64,000 nucleotides of DNA from Vulcanimicrobiota bacterium (GTDB taxonomy: Bacteria > Vulcanimicrobiota > Xenobia > Xenobiales > JADMJV01). A program made the position numbers and the translations under genes. Shown in pieces: positions 10,041 through 19,786 of this stretch; position 1 is the stretch's first letter; each line of letters opens with the position of its first letter. The notes beneath the pieces were generated by a model. It searched no databases, was not told where the DNA came from, and saw only the letters and a list, made by a program, of their open reading frames with translations. Location of the stretch: NCBI GenBank assembly GCA_050250895.1, contig JBFWNU010000005.1:480001-544000 (forward strand), read 5' to 3'.

Positions 10041-10996
10041 CAGGACTCTCCCAACCGCTCGATGACGCCGGCCGCCAGCAAAGGAATCATCAATTCGTGG
10101 TGGCCGGTGAGCGAGTGGCCTTCCCCTCCCAGTTCGCGGGCCCGCGAGACGGGATTGTTGTTGGAGCGATAGTGTTGAATAAAGTCCAGGTTGACTCCCA
10201 TGAAGCCCTCCACCTGGTGACCATGGTTTCGAGCCACCGAGAAAGCTTTCTCGATCGTGACCGGCAGCTGCACTGCCGAGCCGATGTTGAGAGCCAGCGA
10301 GCCGGGCGAGAGCCCGGCCACCACCGCGCACAGCATGCGGAAGTCGTTGAAGGTAGCCAGGCCCATGTCGCTGCCGTCGGCCTGGGGGTGGGTGTGATGG
10401 ATGTCGGCCCCGACCGCAATGTGAACGGTGACGGGGATGCCTAACCGGCGAGCCTGCCACAGTAAAGAGATTGTCTTGAGCGGAAGGTCGGCTTCTTCGA
10501 TCAGATCACCGAGCGCCTGGCCCAACCCGATGTTGGCCTGGGCGGCCCGCCGGGCTCCCCGGTGAAGAAACTCCCCTGTCTCTTCCACCATCCCGAATCG
10601 TCCGGTTTTGATGCCAGCGGCGACGTCTTCGCTGGTTTCGCCACCCATGGCCAGCTCCACATCGTGGACGCTGCCGGCGCCGTTGAAGGCCAGGGCCGAG
10701 ATGGCTCGGCGCTTCATCAGGTCGATCAATACCGGCGACAGACCGACCTTGATGACATGGGCGCCCATGGTGATCAACACCGTCTTCTGCTGCTGCACCG
10801 CCCGGGCCCACCAGTCGATGATACGGCCCAGCTGGTGGCCGGCTAGAATCTGGGGCAACCCCTGCAAGAACGAAGCAAAGCTCGAGCCCGCCTGGTACGG
10901 CTTGGCGAAGTCGTCGCGCGAGACTTTGTTGGGGCGTTCCTTGAGTGAGTAGGTGCTGGTCTGGGCGAAATCGAGAGGCTTAAACCGATACTCCAT
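10040..10996 (-). CDS. Deoxyhypusine-synthase-fold conserved protein (GSU2086-like), function unknown
   Basis: MGAHVIKVGL, NGAGSVHDVELA, TSEDV, IPVTVHIAVGADIHH, IGSAVQLP, GHHELMIPLL motifs; coupled to the heptose kinase gene. Confidence 0.65.
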   Translation of the reverse strand: MEYRFKPLDFAQTSTYSLKERPNKVSRDDFAKPYQAGSSFASFLQGLPQILAGHQLGRIIDWWARAVQQQKTVLITMGAHVIKVGLSPVLIDLMKRRAISALAFNGAGSVHDVELAMGGETSEDVAAGIKTGRFGMVEETGEFLHRGARRAAQANIGLGQALGDLIEEADLPLKTISLLWQARRLGIPVTVHIAVGADIHHTHPQADGSDMGLATFNDFRMLCAVVAGLSPGSLALNIGSAVQLPVTIEKAFSVARNHGHQVEGFMGVNLDFIQHYRSNNNPVSRARELGGEGHSLTGHHELMIPLLAAGVIERLGES

Positions 10997-12071
10997 GGCT
11001 TGCCATGCCTTCCAGGATCTCTTGCAACTGGCGGGCCGTGTCAGACCAGCGAAACTGGGCAGCCCGGGCCGGACCCTGGTCGCCGTTGGGGTTCGCGAGG
11101 GCTTCCATCACGGCCCGAGCGATGTCGACCGGGTCGGATGGGTCGAACCAGTAAGGAATGTCCCCCCCGACTTCGGGCAGCGAGGCGGCCCGGGCGGCGG
11201 CTACCGTGGCCCCACAGCCGAGAGCCTCTAACACCGGCAGGCCGAAACCCTCATAAAAGCTCGGCATCACGAACACCGCGCAGCGGCGATAGAGTTCGGC
11301 CAGGGTCTGGTCCTCGATGCCTTCGAGCCAGACGAGGCGGTCATTGAGGCGGTTGATGTGCTCGAGTAGCGAAGAACTCTTGCCGCGCAGCCGATCGACT
11401 AGCGTGGGTCCGGCCGGGCGATTGCACACCAGCACCAGGTTGCACTCGACCTGGCTCTCGAGCAGAACGAAGGCTTCGAGCAGGCCTTCCAGGTTCTTGC
11501 GCGGTTCGGGATTGCCCACGAACAGGATGTAAGGCTTGTCCCCCACATGTTCGACGAAAAAGGCGTCCTGGAAGCCGTCGCGATGGGGGTGAAAGACCGG
11601 GTCGACCCCCAGTTGGATGACGTCGATGCTGGCCAGATCGTAGCCCAGGTGCCGGTGCAGTTCGACCCTGGAAAAGTTCGAGGTGGTGACGATTCGATCG
11701 GCCGCCTCGGCGGCCTGGCGAAGACGCTCCTGATCCGATTCGAGATGCCTGTTCTGGGGGTGGTAGTCGGTAAATGGGGCCACATCATAGATAGTGACCG
11801 CGGCCGGGCAATCCACCTCCCAGTCGACGCGGTTCCAGGCGAACCAACAGACATCCAGAGGCGGGCTTTGCGAGGCCAGATGGCACTCCCAGCCGGCGGC
11901 CGCGTAGTCTTCGAGTTCGCTCAGGTGGCGCTTGTCGCGCGTGAGCAAGACGATCTTATGGTCGCACTGGACCTTCCACTGTTTGAGAATGCTGCGAATG
12001 CAGCGTCCCATTCCGCGTTTGTCCCGCACGAGAAAGGTCGCGTCGACTCCTATGGTGAGCGGTTCGCTCAT
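10980..12071 (-). CDS. Glycosyltransferase family 4
   Basis: FVGNPEPRKNL and PSFYEGFGLPVLEALGCG (EX7E) motifs. Confidence 0.9.
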   Translation of the reverse strand: MSEPLTIGVDATFLVRDKRGMGRCIRSILKQWKVQCDHKIVLLTRDKRHLSELEDYAAAGWECHLASQSPPLDVCWFAWNRVDWEVDCPAAVTIYDVAPFTDYHPQNRHLESDQERLRQAAEAADRIVTTSNFSRVELHRHLGYDLASIDVIQLGVDPVFHPHRDGFQDAFFVEHVGDKPYILFVGNPEPRKNLEGLLEAFVLLESQVECNLVLVCNRPAGPTLVDRLRGKSSSLLEHINRLNDRLVWLEGIEDQTLAELYRRCAVFVMPSFYEGFGLPVLEALGCGATVAAARAASLPEVGGDIPYWFDPSDPVDIARAVMEALANPNGDQGPARAAQFRWSDTARQLQEILEGMASHGVSV

Positions 12072-12130
12072 GGGAGCCTGCGTTTCCCTAGATGGTGGGA
12101 GATTCCTCTATGCGTCGATGGGGACGGCCC

Positions 12131-13951
12131 TCAAGGGCCGTTGACGGTGTAGCCGTTGGCCCACTGCTCTTCGATCGCTTTCCAGGGGTCGGCGTCGACC
12201 AGTTTGCCGGCCGCGTCGGACAGACCCAGCCTGGCCGAGTTTTTCAGCGCCCAGGGCCCCTTGACCGAGAGCGCCCGATTGGGGCTCTGGAAGGCAGAGG
12301 GATGATAGAGCTTCATCTGGGCCAGGCTGAGGGTGTCGGTCAGAAACGCCCCGTGGACGGCTCCACCGGTCAGGGTGGTATCGACATGCTTGCCGGCCAC
12401 GGCCCCGGCCAGATAGGTGTCGCTAAGCTGCATCTGGCTGTCCTGAACGGCTCGCGAGTTGGTCGGGTCGACCAGTTCCCCCTGGAAATAGAGTTCAAGG
12501 GCTTGAGGGTTGCCGGTCTGGGCATCGAGGTCCCACTGATTCCAGTAGGCCGACGGCGAGTAGGCCGAGCCGGCGTGCTTGAAGCGATTGATCTCGGACC
12601 CGACCGCCTGCAGTTGCTCCTTGACCATCACCCGGGTGGGGGAACCGGTGGTTCCGTCGACCAGTAAACTGGCGTGGTCGAGTTCGAGCCGATCGATGAC
12701 ATAGTCCCCTGGCTGCAACCGAACAGCCGCGCCCGGCTCGAAGGTCAGAGTTCCGTAGCGCCCCGGGGGCAACACCACCTCGCTGGCGGCCTGCTGAGCG
12801 TCAAAGGTCGCAGGGTCGATGGAACTCATGGTAATCATGGTGGGCTGGCCGGGATTGGCCACCGGTTGGCTGGGCGGGGCCACCACCGGGGCGGCCTGGA
12901 AGGTGCGGTTCTCAGGAAATCCGTTGGGACCGGGAACCCGGGCGGGGAACGGGACCTTGTTGGGATAGACTTCGACCTGGCCGCGGAAGTCTACGCTGGA
13001 AGGTAAAGTCGTGCGACCCTGGTTGACGGTGAGACTATTGCCGGAAGCGCTGTTGTTGGTGGACAGCGAGGTGCTGTTGCCGGTCGTCACCGAGGACGAC
13101 GCGGTGGCAAAGGCAGTGCCGGTAACCCCCTGCGACTGCGTCTGGCTGGTGGTCTGGGCCTGACTAAACGGGCTCAGTCCGGGGTCCTTCAAGCCGCTGG
13201 CGCTATTGGCGCCGATGACGCTCACCTGGCCGGACTTGGCCGTTACCGGCGACCCCTCTCCATAGACCACGTTGCCGTGAATGGAACTGGCACCCTCGGC
13301 CCAGAGGCTGTCCATGGCGGAGCTGTTGGTGCCCAGCAACGCTTTGGTGAACTTGGCCGTAGCCCGCATCGTGGGAGGGCGGCCACCGTTGGCGTTGGCG
13401 GCCGCGGCGGCGGCCACGCTAGCGGCGCCCAGAAGTTGACCGGGAGGGATGAACTCGGGCGGCGGCCGTTGCCCGTCCCAGTGCTTGGCCGCTGTGTCAT
13501 TGAGGCTCACCGACTCGTTGCCGAACGCAGCCGTGGTCAACGAGATCGGAGGTTGCCAGGCCAGGGCCGCGTAGCCGACCGTCTGGCCGGACGGGGAAGT
13601 GGGTTTGCCCCGAGACACCAGATAGACATGGCCCGGCGGCACGGGGGTCCCGTCGGCAGCTTTGTAACTGGCGCCCAGCGACCCGTTGTTGTTGTTGATG
13701 AACTCGACCTCGTAGGGGTGGCCGTTGGCCAGGGTGCCGGTGAGCGTCTGGGTGCGATCGGGCTGATCGCTGAGGATTACGAGAGCGTGCTGCAGACCTG
13801 CCCTGGCGGCCATCTCGACGCGCAGATGTTCTTCACTATTGCTAGCTGTGCGCAGATGAAAAACGGTGGAGGCACCCACACTGGCCAATAGACCGGCCAG
13901 GATGGTCATCACCACCAACACGACCAGCAGAGCGGAGCCCCTTTCCCTCAT
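12131..13951 (-). CDS. PilX/GspK-like large minor pilin with C-terminal beta-rich domain
   Basis: MRERG|SALLVVLVVMTILAGL prepilin-like N-terminus lacking Glu+5, AARAGLQHAL PilX_N motif, Ser/Thr-rich middle; start ATG 13951. Confidence 0.7.
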   Translation of the reverse strand: MRERGSALLVVLVVMTILAGLLASVGASTVFHLRTASNSEEHLRVEMAARAGLQHALVILSDQPDRTQTLTGTLANGHPYEVEFINNNNGSLGASYKAADGTPVPPGHVYLVSRGKPTSPSGQTVGYAALAWQPPISLTTAAFGNESVSLNDTAAKHWDGQRPPPEFIPPGQLLGAASVAAAAAANANGGRPPTMRATAKFTKALLGTNSSAMDSLWAEGASSIHGNVVYGEGSPVTAKSGQVSVIGANSASGLKDPGLSPFSQAQTTSQTQSQGVTGTAFATASSSVTTGNSTSLSTNNSASGNSLTVNQGRTTLPSSVDFRGQVEVYPNKVPFPARVPGPNGFPENRTFQAAPVVAPPSQPVANPGQPTMITMSSIDPATFDAQQAASEVVLPPGRYGTLTFEPGAAVRLQPGDYVIDRLELDHASLLVDGTTGSPTRVMVKEQLQAVGSEINRFKHAGSAYSPSAYWNQWDLDAQTGNPQALELYFQGELVDPTNSRAVQDSQMQLSDTYLAGAVAGKHVDTTLTGGAVHGAFLTDTLSLAQMKLYHPSAFQSPNRALSVKGPWALKNSARLGLSDAAGKLVDADPWKAIEEQWANGYTVNGP

Positions 13952-14004
13952 GTTGGCTATTGTAACAAAAATGTAACCACGTGGCAATGCAGCCTCGATT
14001 TCGG

Positions 14005-14610
14005 TTAATTGGTGATGGCTACCGCGCTCTGCAGGCGAACTCGGTTGATGCGGCCGCGACTATCGGTCTGGGCGGCCGTTACCCGAATGGTTGCCTGACC
14101 TTCGAAGACCTCGACCATGAACTGCTCGACGCCTCGCGCCATGACTCTTTCGGGCAGTGGCTGGGCAGCCAGGTCGGCGGTGGAGAAGCCGGCATCCAGA
14201 GCGGGCGGGAAGCCGGATTGGCGAACATAGGGGTCCAGCATCCACTCTTTGCGGACCAGGTTGCCATCCTCTCGGATATAGTAGGCAATCACCTTTTCCC
14301 ACGACAGCTTGCCGCCGCCAGCCATGGCCAGCGAGCCCTCCGCGTTGCGCGGAGAAGCGAAGACCACGCCGGCCGGGACGGGATCGTAGCGAACACTGGT
14401 CGGGTTGCTCTCGGCCAGTTCCATCCCCAGCAGGCCCACCGCTCCCAGCAGGTTCTTCTGTAGGGCCAGGCGGGCTTCCGAGTCGCGGGCAAAACGAACT
14501 CCGTTGAAGAAGAGGCTATAGGTGCCGCCGGCCAGCAAGAGCATCAAGGCCGATGCCACCATGACCTCGACCAGCGAGAGGGCTCTATTGGGCCGCGAGC
14601 AGGGTCTCAA
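14005..14610 (-). CDS. PilW/PulJ-like minor pilin
   Basis: RA|LSLVEVMVASALMLLL type IV pilin N-terminus with Glu+5. Confidence 0.75.
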   Translation of the reverse strand: MRPCSRPNRALSLVEVMVASALMLLLAGGTYSLFFNGVRFARDSEARLALQKNLLGAVGLLGMELAESNPTSVRYDPVPAGVVFASPRNAEGSLAMAGGGKLSWEKVIAYYIREDGNLVRKEWMLDPYVRQSGFPPALDAGFSTADLAAQPLPERVMARGVEQFMVEVFEGQATIRVTAAQTDSRGRINRVRLQSAVAITN

Positions 14611-14977
14611 AGGACAACTCCGTGGTTTTCTCTTGATAGCTGTAAGATACCGCCACCGTGACGGTCTTTAGCCCCGGCATGGTCTCGTTGACGGTGACCG
14701 TGTAGCGGTATGGGATCTGGGTCACCTGACCGTCAAGTTCGACCTCCATGTTCAGGGTGTAGGGACCTCCGCCTACAGCCGAGTCGTAGCCCTGATTCAC
14801 GGTCGCCTCCATCACGGTGCGGCCGAGGTGGGTGGCGACCAGGTGGTCGCGCGACTGGACGGCCGCCCGGGCGTAGGCTGCCCATAAGCCAGAGGCGAAC
14901 AACACCAGCAGGGCAAACACGAAAGCGGCCACCACGACCTCGAGAAGATTGTGCCCGCTTTGGCGGCGATTGCCCAT
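14585..14977 (-). CDS. PilV/GspI-like minor pilin
   Basis: RRQSG|HNLLEVVVAAFVFALL prepilin N-terminus; C-terminal KTVTVAVSY strand. Confidence 0.75.
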   Translation of the reverse strand: MGNRRQSGHNLLEVVVAAFVFALLVLFASGLWAAYARAAVQSRDHLVATHLGRTVMEATVNQGYDSAVGGGPYTLNMEVELDGQVTQIPYRYTVTVNETMPGLKTVTVAVSYSYQEKTTELSFETLLAAQ

Positions 14978-15039
14978 GCCATGAGGTTAGCATCCGTGTC
15001 GAGCCAGGGCAAGTCGCGCCGGGTTGCGAAATTCTAAGA

Positions 15040-16053
15040 ATGGGGGAGTTTCGTCTATCCACGCTGCAAATCGCCACCGCGACGCGTCAACTGGCGACCA
15101 TGGTCTCGGTGGGAGTTCCGTTACAGCGGGGACTCCAGTGCTGCGCGCAAGGGGGCGACGAAAAGGTGGCCGTGATCATGTCGGGCCTGGCCGGCATGTT
15201 GTCGGCGGGCAACTATCTCTCTCGTTGCCTAAACCGCTACCCTCAGGCCTTTCCGCCCTTCTACGTGGGGGTCATCGAGGCCGGCGAGAGTTCGGGGACG
15301 CTGGCTCAGGCCCTGGAGCGTCTGGCCGACCTGCTCGAGCGGCAGGCGACCCTGCGCTCGAAGATCATCGCGGCCCTGACCTACCCGGCCGTGGTGGCCG
15401 CCTTTAGCCTGCTCGGGGCCTCGTGCTTCGTGTTCTTTCTCTTTCCTAGCTTGCAGCCGCTTTATGCTGGCCTGGGCATGACTCTACCCTGGCCCACCCG
15501 CCTGCTGTTGGCCATGCGCTGGCTGGGACCGCTACTGATGGTGTTGGGAGCCGGCGGCGTGTGGTGGTTGCGTCATCGCACTCGCTGGACCCTCGAGGAC
15601 ATGCTCGAGATCACTCCCGCCCTGGGACGGCTGCTGGCGGTCTTTCGCGAAGTTCAGGTGCTGCGTTCGCTGTCGCTGTTGTTGGACGCGGGCCTCACCT
15701 TTAGCGAAGCCATGCTGACGGCCGCCCGTTCCTCGGGCAGCCCTCGAGTGGCGGAGCGGTTGGAGCGCACGGTAGTGCTGGTCTCCCGCGGAGAGTCGTT
15801 AGAGATGGCCCTGGCCGCCAGCTGCTTCTTCTCTTCGGCCACCATCAGTATGTTGCTGGTGGGCCAGGAGACGGTCGGTCTGGCGTTTGGGGCAGGTCGG
15901 GCCTGTGTGCTACTCGAGCAAGAGGTCGAGACGGCCGTCGATACTCTGGCCTCGGTCCTCGAGCCGGTCGCTACGCTGATCGTGGGCGGCGTGGTGGGTC
16001 TGATCGTGACCGGCTCCCTGCTGCCGACCATCAAGATGCTGCAGACACTGTAG
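15040..16053 (+). CDS. Type II secretion system F family / PilC platform protein
   Basis: TRQLATMVSVGVPL, AGESSGTLAQALERLA, ALTYP, LEPVATLIVGGVVG...LLP motifs; start ATG 15040. Confidence 0.88.
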   Translation: MGEFRLSTLQIATATRQLATMVSVGVPLQRGLQCCAQGGDEKVAVIMSGLAGMLSAGNYLSRCLNRYPQAFPPFYVGVIEAGESSGTLAQALERLADLLERQATLRSKIIAALTYPAVVAAFSLLGASCFVFFLFPSLQPLYAGLGMTLPWPTRLLLAMRWLGPLLMVLGAGGVWWLRHRTRWTLEDMLEITPALGRLLAVFREVQVLRSLSLLLDAGLTFSEAMLTAARSSGSPRVAERLERTVVLVSRGESLEMALAASCFFSSATISMLLVGQETVGLAFGAGRACVLLEQEVETAVDTLASVLEPVATLIVGGVVGLIVTGSLLPTIKMLQTL

Positions 16054-16188
16054 TTCTCAAGACGGTAGTTTTCAGATGGTGGATACCGTACCAGACGGTC
16101 GGGGAAGGGGGTGGACGGCTGGAGAGTCCCTACTCGGCGCCTTTCTCGGCGGTTTCCACAACAAGCGCTCCCCTGCAGTCGAGGCGCC

Positions 16189-17709
16189 TCAGTCCTGGGT
16201 GAAGTGGACCCAGAGAGCCAGGGCCACCGGGCCGCCCAGCAGGGGAAAGAGAAAGAGCGCAAGCAGCCCCACCCCGAGCAGGCGCAGGTCGGGGGGGCGG
16301 TGGTAGCTGCCCGAGGGGCCTTCGTAAGCCTCGACCTCGAGCTTGAGGCTGCCCGCTATGGCGAAGCCCGACAGGCCTTCGTCGCGGTCGAAGAACACGT
16401 GCCCGGCATCGGCGGGCACCTGGTCAAACGAGGGGTCGACGGCCAGCCAGCCTCCGTCGAAATAGACCTCGACCCAGGCGTGATGGGCCATCATGGTGCC
16501 GCTGTCATAGCCCAGGCCGCTCAAGGGCCGGGCTGGCAGGCCGGCGGCCCGATAGAGAGTGATCAAGAGCAGCGAATGCTCGGTGCAGTCGCCGGCCCGA
16601 TGGGCCAGCACTTCGGTGGCCGTACCGGCATCGCGGGTATAGGTCTTGGCCAGCATCTGAAAGACCCAGTGGTTGAGTTTCTTGACTTTGGCCGCGTCGT
16701 CGAGTTGGGCCACCCCCAGGCTCTGCAGCAGGGCGGCGATGGCCGGCGCTTCCACCTCATAGACCGGCGAGGCTGCCAGGTATTTCTGCCGTTCCTCGGC
16801 CGTCAACGATTCGGGCTCAGGACGGCTGGGCCGTGTCAACACAAGCCGCTTGCGGCCGGTGAGATAGTCGGATTCGACCTGCTGCCAGCCGGTCTCGAGC
16901 CACTTATAGTTGTCGGCGCCCTGGGTTAGCAGTACCAGTCGCTCCAGGGGGCGCCCGCCGGGCGAGCGGTCGAGTTGAATGCCGGTGAGCCCAAACACGT
17001 CGGCCCCGCTGTCGAGCTGAGTGGCTACCTCGACGGGTTCGCGCTTGACCTGCAAGAAGGTGCCGACGGAAAGCTCCAGCGGCTGACCCATAGCGTCGAC
17101 CGTGCCGCGCATGGTCAGATCGTCAGATTCCATGTCGACGGTGACCACGCCATCTCTGCGGCTGACGATGGTGTAATGCGATGGAATATCGACAGGGTCA
17201 CGCTCCCAGTCAGCCTCGTAGACGGTCAGCTGGTCCCCCGGCTGGCCCCCCTGTAAAAAGCGGTGCAGGCGCTCCATCTCCTCGAGATTTTCCCGCGGCA
17301 GGGGCACGGTCCGGGTGGTTTTTTGGGTGGGGCTCTCGGTGACGATCTCCAACTCGTCGCCCACTTTGCGACCGGTGCGGGTCAACCGGTCGCCGTTGCT
17401 GTCACCCACCCAGCGAAACCCGGTCAGCTCGCCGGTCTCGAGATCATAGTAACTGAGTTCGGTGGATTGGTTTACGGCCTGGTGGTCGCCGAAAGCGACG
17501 CGCATCACGTTGGTTTGTTCCCACTTGAGCGCCTTGCCGTCGGAGCCAAGCTCGGCCTTGCTCGTCAGATAGCCGGCCTTTTGGCCCTGCAGGTAAAAGC
17601 CGAAAGCAAGGTCGTGCTCAAACTGGCGGGCGAACTGGTCGTAGGGAGGAGCGGCCAGGGCCGACCCCCACCACAGGGCTACCAGTAAGATGGCAAAACA
17701 GCGACGCAT
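16189..17709 (-). CDS. Exported transglutaminase-like domain protein with C-terminal membrane anchor
   Basis: Signal peptide MRRCFAILLVALWWGSALA; catalytic triad motifs GDCTEH, HAWVEVY, VDPSF; hydrophobic C-terminus. Confidence 0.85.
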   Translation of the reverse strand: MRRCFAILLVALWWGSALAAPPYDQFARQFEHDLAFGFYLQGQKAGYLTSKAELGSDGKALKWEQTNVMRVAFGDHQAVNQSTELSYYDLETGELTGFRWVGDSNGDRLTRTGRKVGDELEIVTESPTQKTTRTVPLPRENLEEMERLHRFLQGGQPGDQLTVYEADWERDPVDIPSHYTIVSRRDGVVTVDMESDDLTMRGTVDAMGQPLELSVGTFLQVKREPVEVATQLDSGADVFGLTGIQLDRSPGGRPLERLVLLTQGADNYKWLETGWQQVESDYLTGRKRLVLTRPSRPEPESLTAEERQKYLAASPVYEVEAPAIAALLQSLGVAQLDDAAKVKKLNHWVFQMLAKTYTRDAGTATEVLAHRAGDCTEHSLLLITLYRAAGLPARPLSGLGYDSGTMMAHHAWVEVYFDGGWLAVDPSFDQVPADAGHVFFDRDEGLSGFAIAGSLKLEVEAYEGPSGSYHRPPDLRLLGVGLLALFLFPLLGGPVALALWVHFTQD

Positions 17710-18746
17710 CAGGATTCTTCTAGCAGTTCGCGAGCGGCCTTCACGATCTCGTCGGCCTGGACCTGTCGATAGCAGCGAAAGTCGGGGCAGGTGGCCTTCA
17801 GGCAACCAGGACGGCAGTTGCGGTTTTGGGGCCGGATGATGCGGTGGCGAGTTCCGAAGGGAGCCCAGCGCCTGGGAAAGTCCTCGTCGAGCGCGTAGAT
17901 GCCAACTACCGGCGTGCCGACCGCCGCGGCCAGGTGCATCGGTCCCGAGTCGGGACAGACGAACACTCGGCACTGTTCAGCCACGGCTGCCAGGGTGTCG
18001 AGATCGGTCTGGCCGGCCAGATTCAGACACGGCACGCCCAGGCGCTTTTGGACCGCCGCCACCAATTCGACCTCGTCGGGTCCGCCGGTCAAGACCAGCC
18101 GGCCAGGCAGTTCTAACACCAGTTGGCGAGCCCAGGCGGCAAAGGCGTCCACCGGCCAGCGCTGGCTGGTCAGCGGCATGCCTTTGCCGGTGTGAAAGCC
18201 GACCAGCGGACCCTCGCCAGGGCTGTCTTGCAGCAACTGCCGGGCCTTTTCGCGGGCGGCCGGGTCCACTTCGTAGACGACCTTCGGGTCGGTGGGCTCG
18301 AGTCCCAGGGCCCGACCGTAGTCGAGCAGGATCTCGGTCCAATGGGTCTGGTCGTCGCCGTGCTCAGAGCGCACCCGCACTTTATGGGTGTAGAGAAAAC
18401 TATAACCCAGGCGGGAATCTTGCCCTACCCGCCGGGGGATGCGAGCCAGGAACAGGGTCCAGGCGAGACCCGTCACGCTCCATAGAATGAGGGCCGCATC
18501 GTAGTTCCTCTGGCGTAGCTTCGAGGCGAGTTCGAGCATTTCGCCGGGCATCTTCGGAGCCTTCCCGGGCAGTTCCAGAAGTTCATGGATATCGGGATTG
18601 CGGCGCAGTACGGCGGCCGTCGAGCGACGGGCCAGAAAGTCGATTTCCGCCTGGGGGTGAGCCTTGCGCAGCTCTCTTACCAGCGGAGTCGAGAGCAGCA
18701 CGTCGCCAAGACCACCGCCGGTGTGGACCACCAGCAGCCGCTTCAC
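17709..18746 (-). CDS. Glycosyltransferase family 9 (LPS heptosyltransferase-like)
   Basis: GLGDVLLSTP, NLAGQTDL, DSGPMHLAAAVGTPVVGIY, RWAP motifs; GTG 18746 overlaps the upstream stop. Confidence 0.9.
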   Translation of the reverse strand: MKRLLVVHTGGGLGDVLLSTPLVRELRKAHPQAEIDFLARRSTAAVLRRNPDIHELLELPGKAPKMPGEMLELASKLRQRNYDAALILWSVTGLAWTLFLARIPRRVGQDSRLGYSFLYTHKVRVRSEHGDDQTHWTEILLDYGRALGLEPTDPKVVYEVDPAAREKARQLLQDSPGEGPLVGFHTGKGMPLTSQRWPVDAFAAWARQLVLELPGRLVLTGGPDEVELVAAVQKRLGVPCLNLAGQTDLDTLAAVAEQCRVFVCPDSGPMHLAAAVGTPVVGIYALDEDFPRRWAPFGTRHRIIRPQNRNCRPGCLKATCPDFRCYRQVQADEIVKAARELLEES

Positions 18747-19786
18747 ACCACCTCGCAATAGAGTTCTTCGTAGCCGTCAATCATGGAGGTCAGACTGAAC
18801 AGGCCGGCCTGTTGACGGGCGCCGGCCGAGAATTTGGCGGGGTCGGCCAATACCTCGAGCATGGCCTCGAGCAGAGCCTCGGGCTGGCCGGGGGCGTAGA
18901 GTCGGCAGGCTTGACCCACTACTTCGGGGATTCCGCCGGTAGCCGCCGCCACCAGCGGTTTGCCTAAAGCCATGGCCTCGAGGCAGACCAGCGAAAAGGT
19001 CTCGCGGTGGGAAGGAACCACGACCACTTCGAGGGCCGAGATTACCGCCAGTGGATCCTCCACGAAGCCCAGAAAGAGGACCTCGACTCCCAGACTTCGG
19101 GCTTGTTCCTCGAGCTTCTGGCGATCTTCGCCCTGGCCCGCCAATACGAAATTGAGATCGGGAAACCGTCTGGCCAATTCGGGCAGGATGGCCAGGAAGT
19201 CTCCCTGTCCCTTGGCCTCGACCAGCGCGCTGACCACCCCCACCCAGCGTCCACCCGCCAGCTGGGGATGCTTGGGATAGCCGGGCCGGGCCTGGTCCAT
19301 GTCGATACCGTTGGGAATAACCTCCAGTTGCGACGGAGGCAGCTTCAGCTCTGCCTGGATCTGGGCTTTGAGGGCCTCGGAGACGGCGATGACTCGCCGG
19401 CTGCGTCGGTAGGCCCAGTTCAACAGGCGACTGCGACCGGGATTGATGAAGCTGTGCTCGGCCTTGACCAGGGGGGTGCGGCGAGCCACCAGGTTGGCCA
19501 GGCTGAGCAGGGTCAGATCCCGGTCGCCGATGCAGTGGATCAGGTCCCAGGGAACCTGGCGCAGGACTCCGTGCAGGTGGAACATGGCCACCGGGTCGAT
19601 CTCGCTCTTCATCTCGATGGCGGCCGTGGGTAACTTGCTCACGCGCGCCTGCTCTTCGAGCCACGAGCCGGGCGAGGCCACCAGGCGGACGCGATGGCCT
19701 CGGCCGAGCAAGCCGCGAACCAGTTTGAGCGTGTGCACTTCGGCTCCGCCAAACCCTCTGTTTTCGTTGCTGACGAGTATGTTCAT
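18743..19786 (-). CDS. Glycosyltransferase family 4
   Basis: GGAEVH, IPNGID, PSHRETFSLVCLEAMALGKP, GGIPEVV motifs. Confidence 0.9.
   Translation of the reverse strand: MNILVSNENRGFGGAEVHTLKLVRGLLGRGHRVRLVASPGSWLEEQARVSKLPTAAIEMKSEIDPVAMFHLHGVLRQVPWDLIHCIGDRDLTLLSLANLVARRTPLVKAEHSFINPGRSRLLNWAYRRSRRVIAVSEALKAQIQAELKLPPSQLEVIPNGIDMDQARPGYPKHPQLAGGRWVGVVSALVEAKGQGDFLAILPELARRFPDLNFVLAGQGEDRQKLEEQARSLGVEVLFLGFVEDPLAVISALEVVVVPSHRETFSLVCLEAMALGKPLVAAATGGIPEVVGQACRLYAPGQPEALLEAMLEVLADPAKFSAGARQQAGLFSLTSMIDGYEELYCEVV

Noticed and set aside
14710-15039. N-terminal extensions given by the ORF track (also for hldA, hldC, transglutaminase, C45, rpsL, tuf, rplP, rplN)
   Set aside because: They overlap neighbouring genes or lack family similarity; downstream starts with an RBS or stop/start coupling fit better.
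16050-16080. Short imperfect direct repeat TAGTTCTCAAGACGG / TAGTTTTCAGATGG after pilC
   Set aside because: Only two degenerate copies; could be chance, and there is no supporting context.
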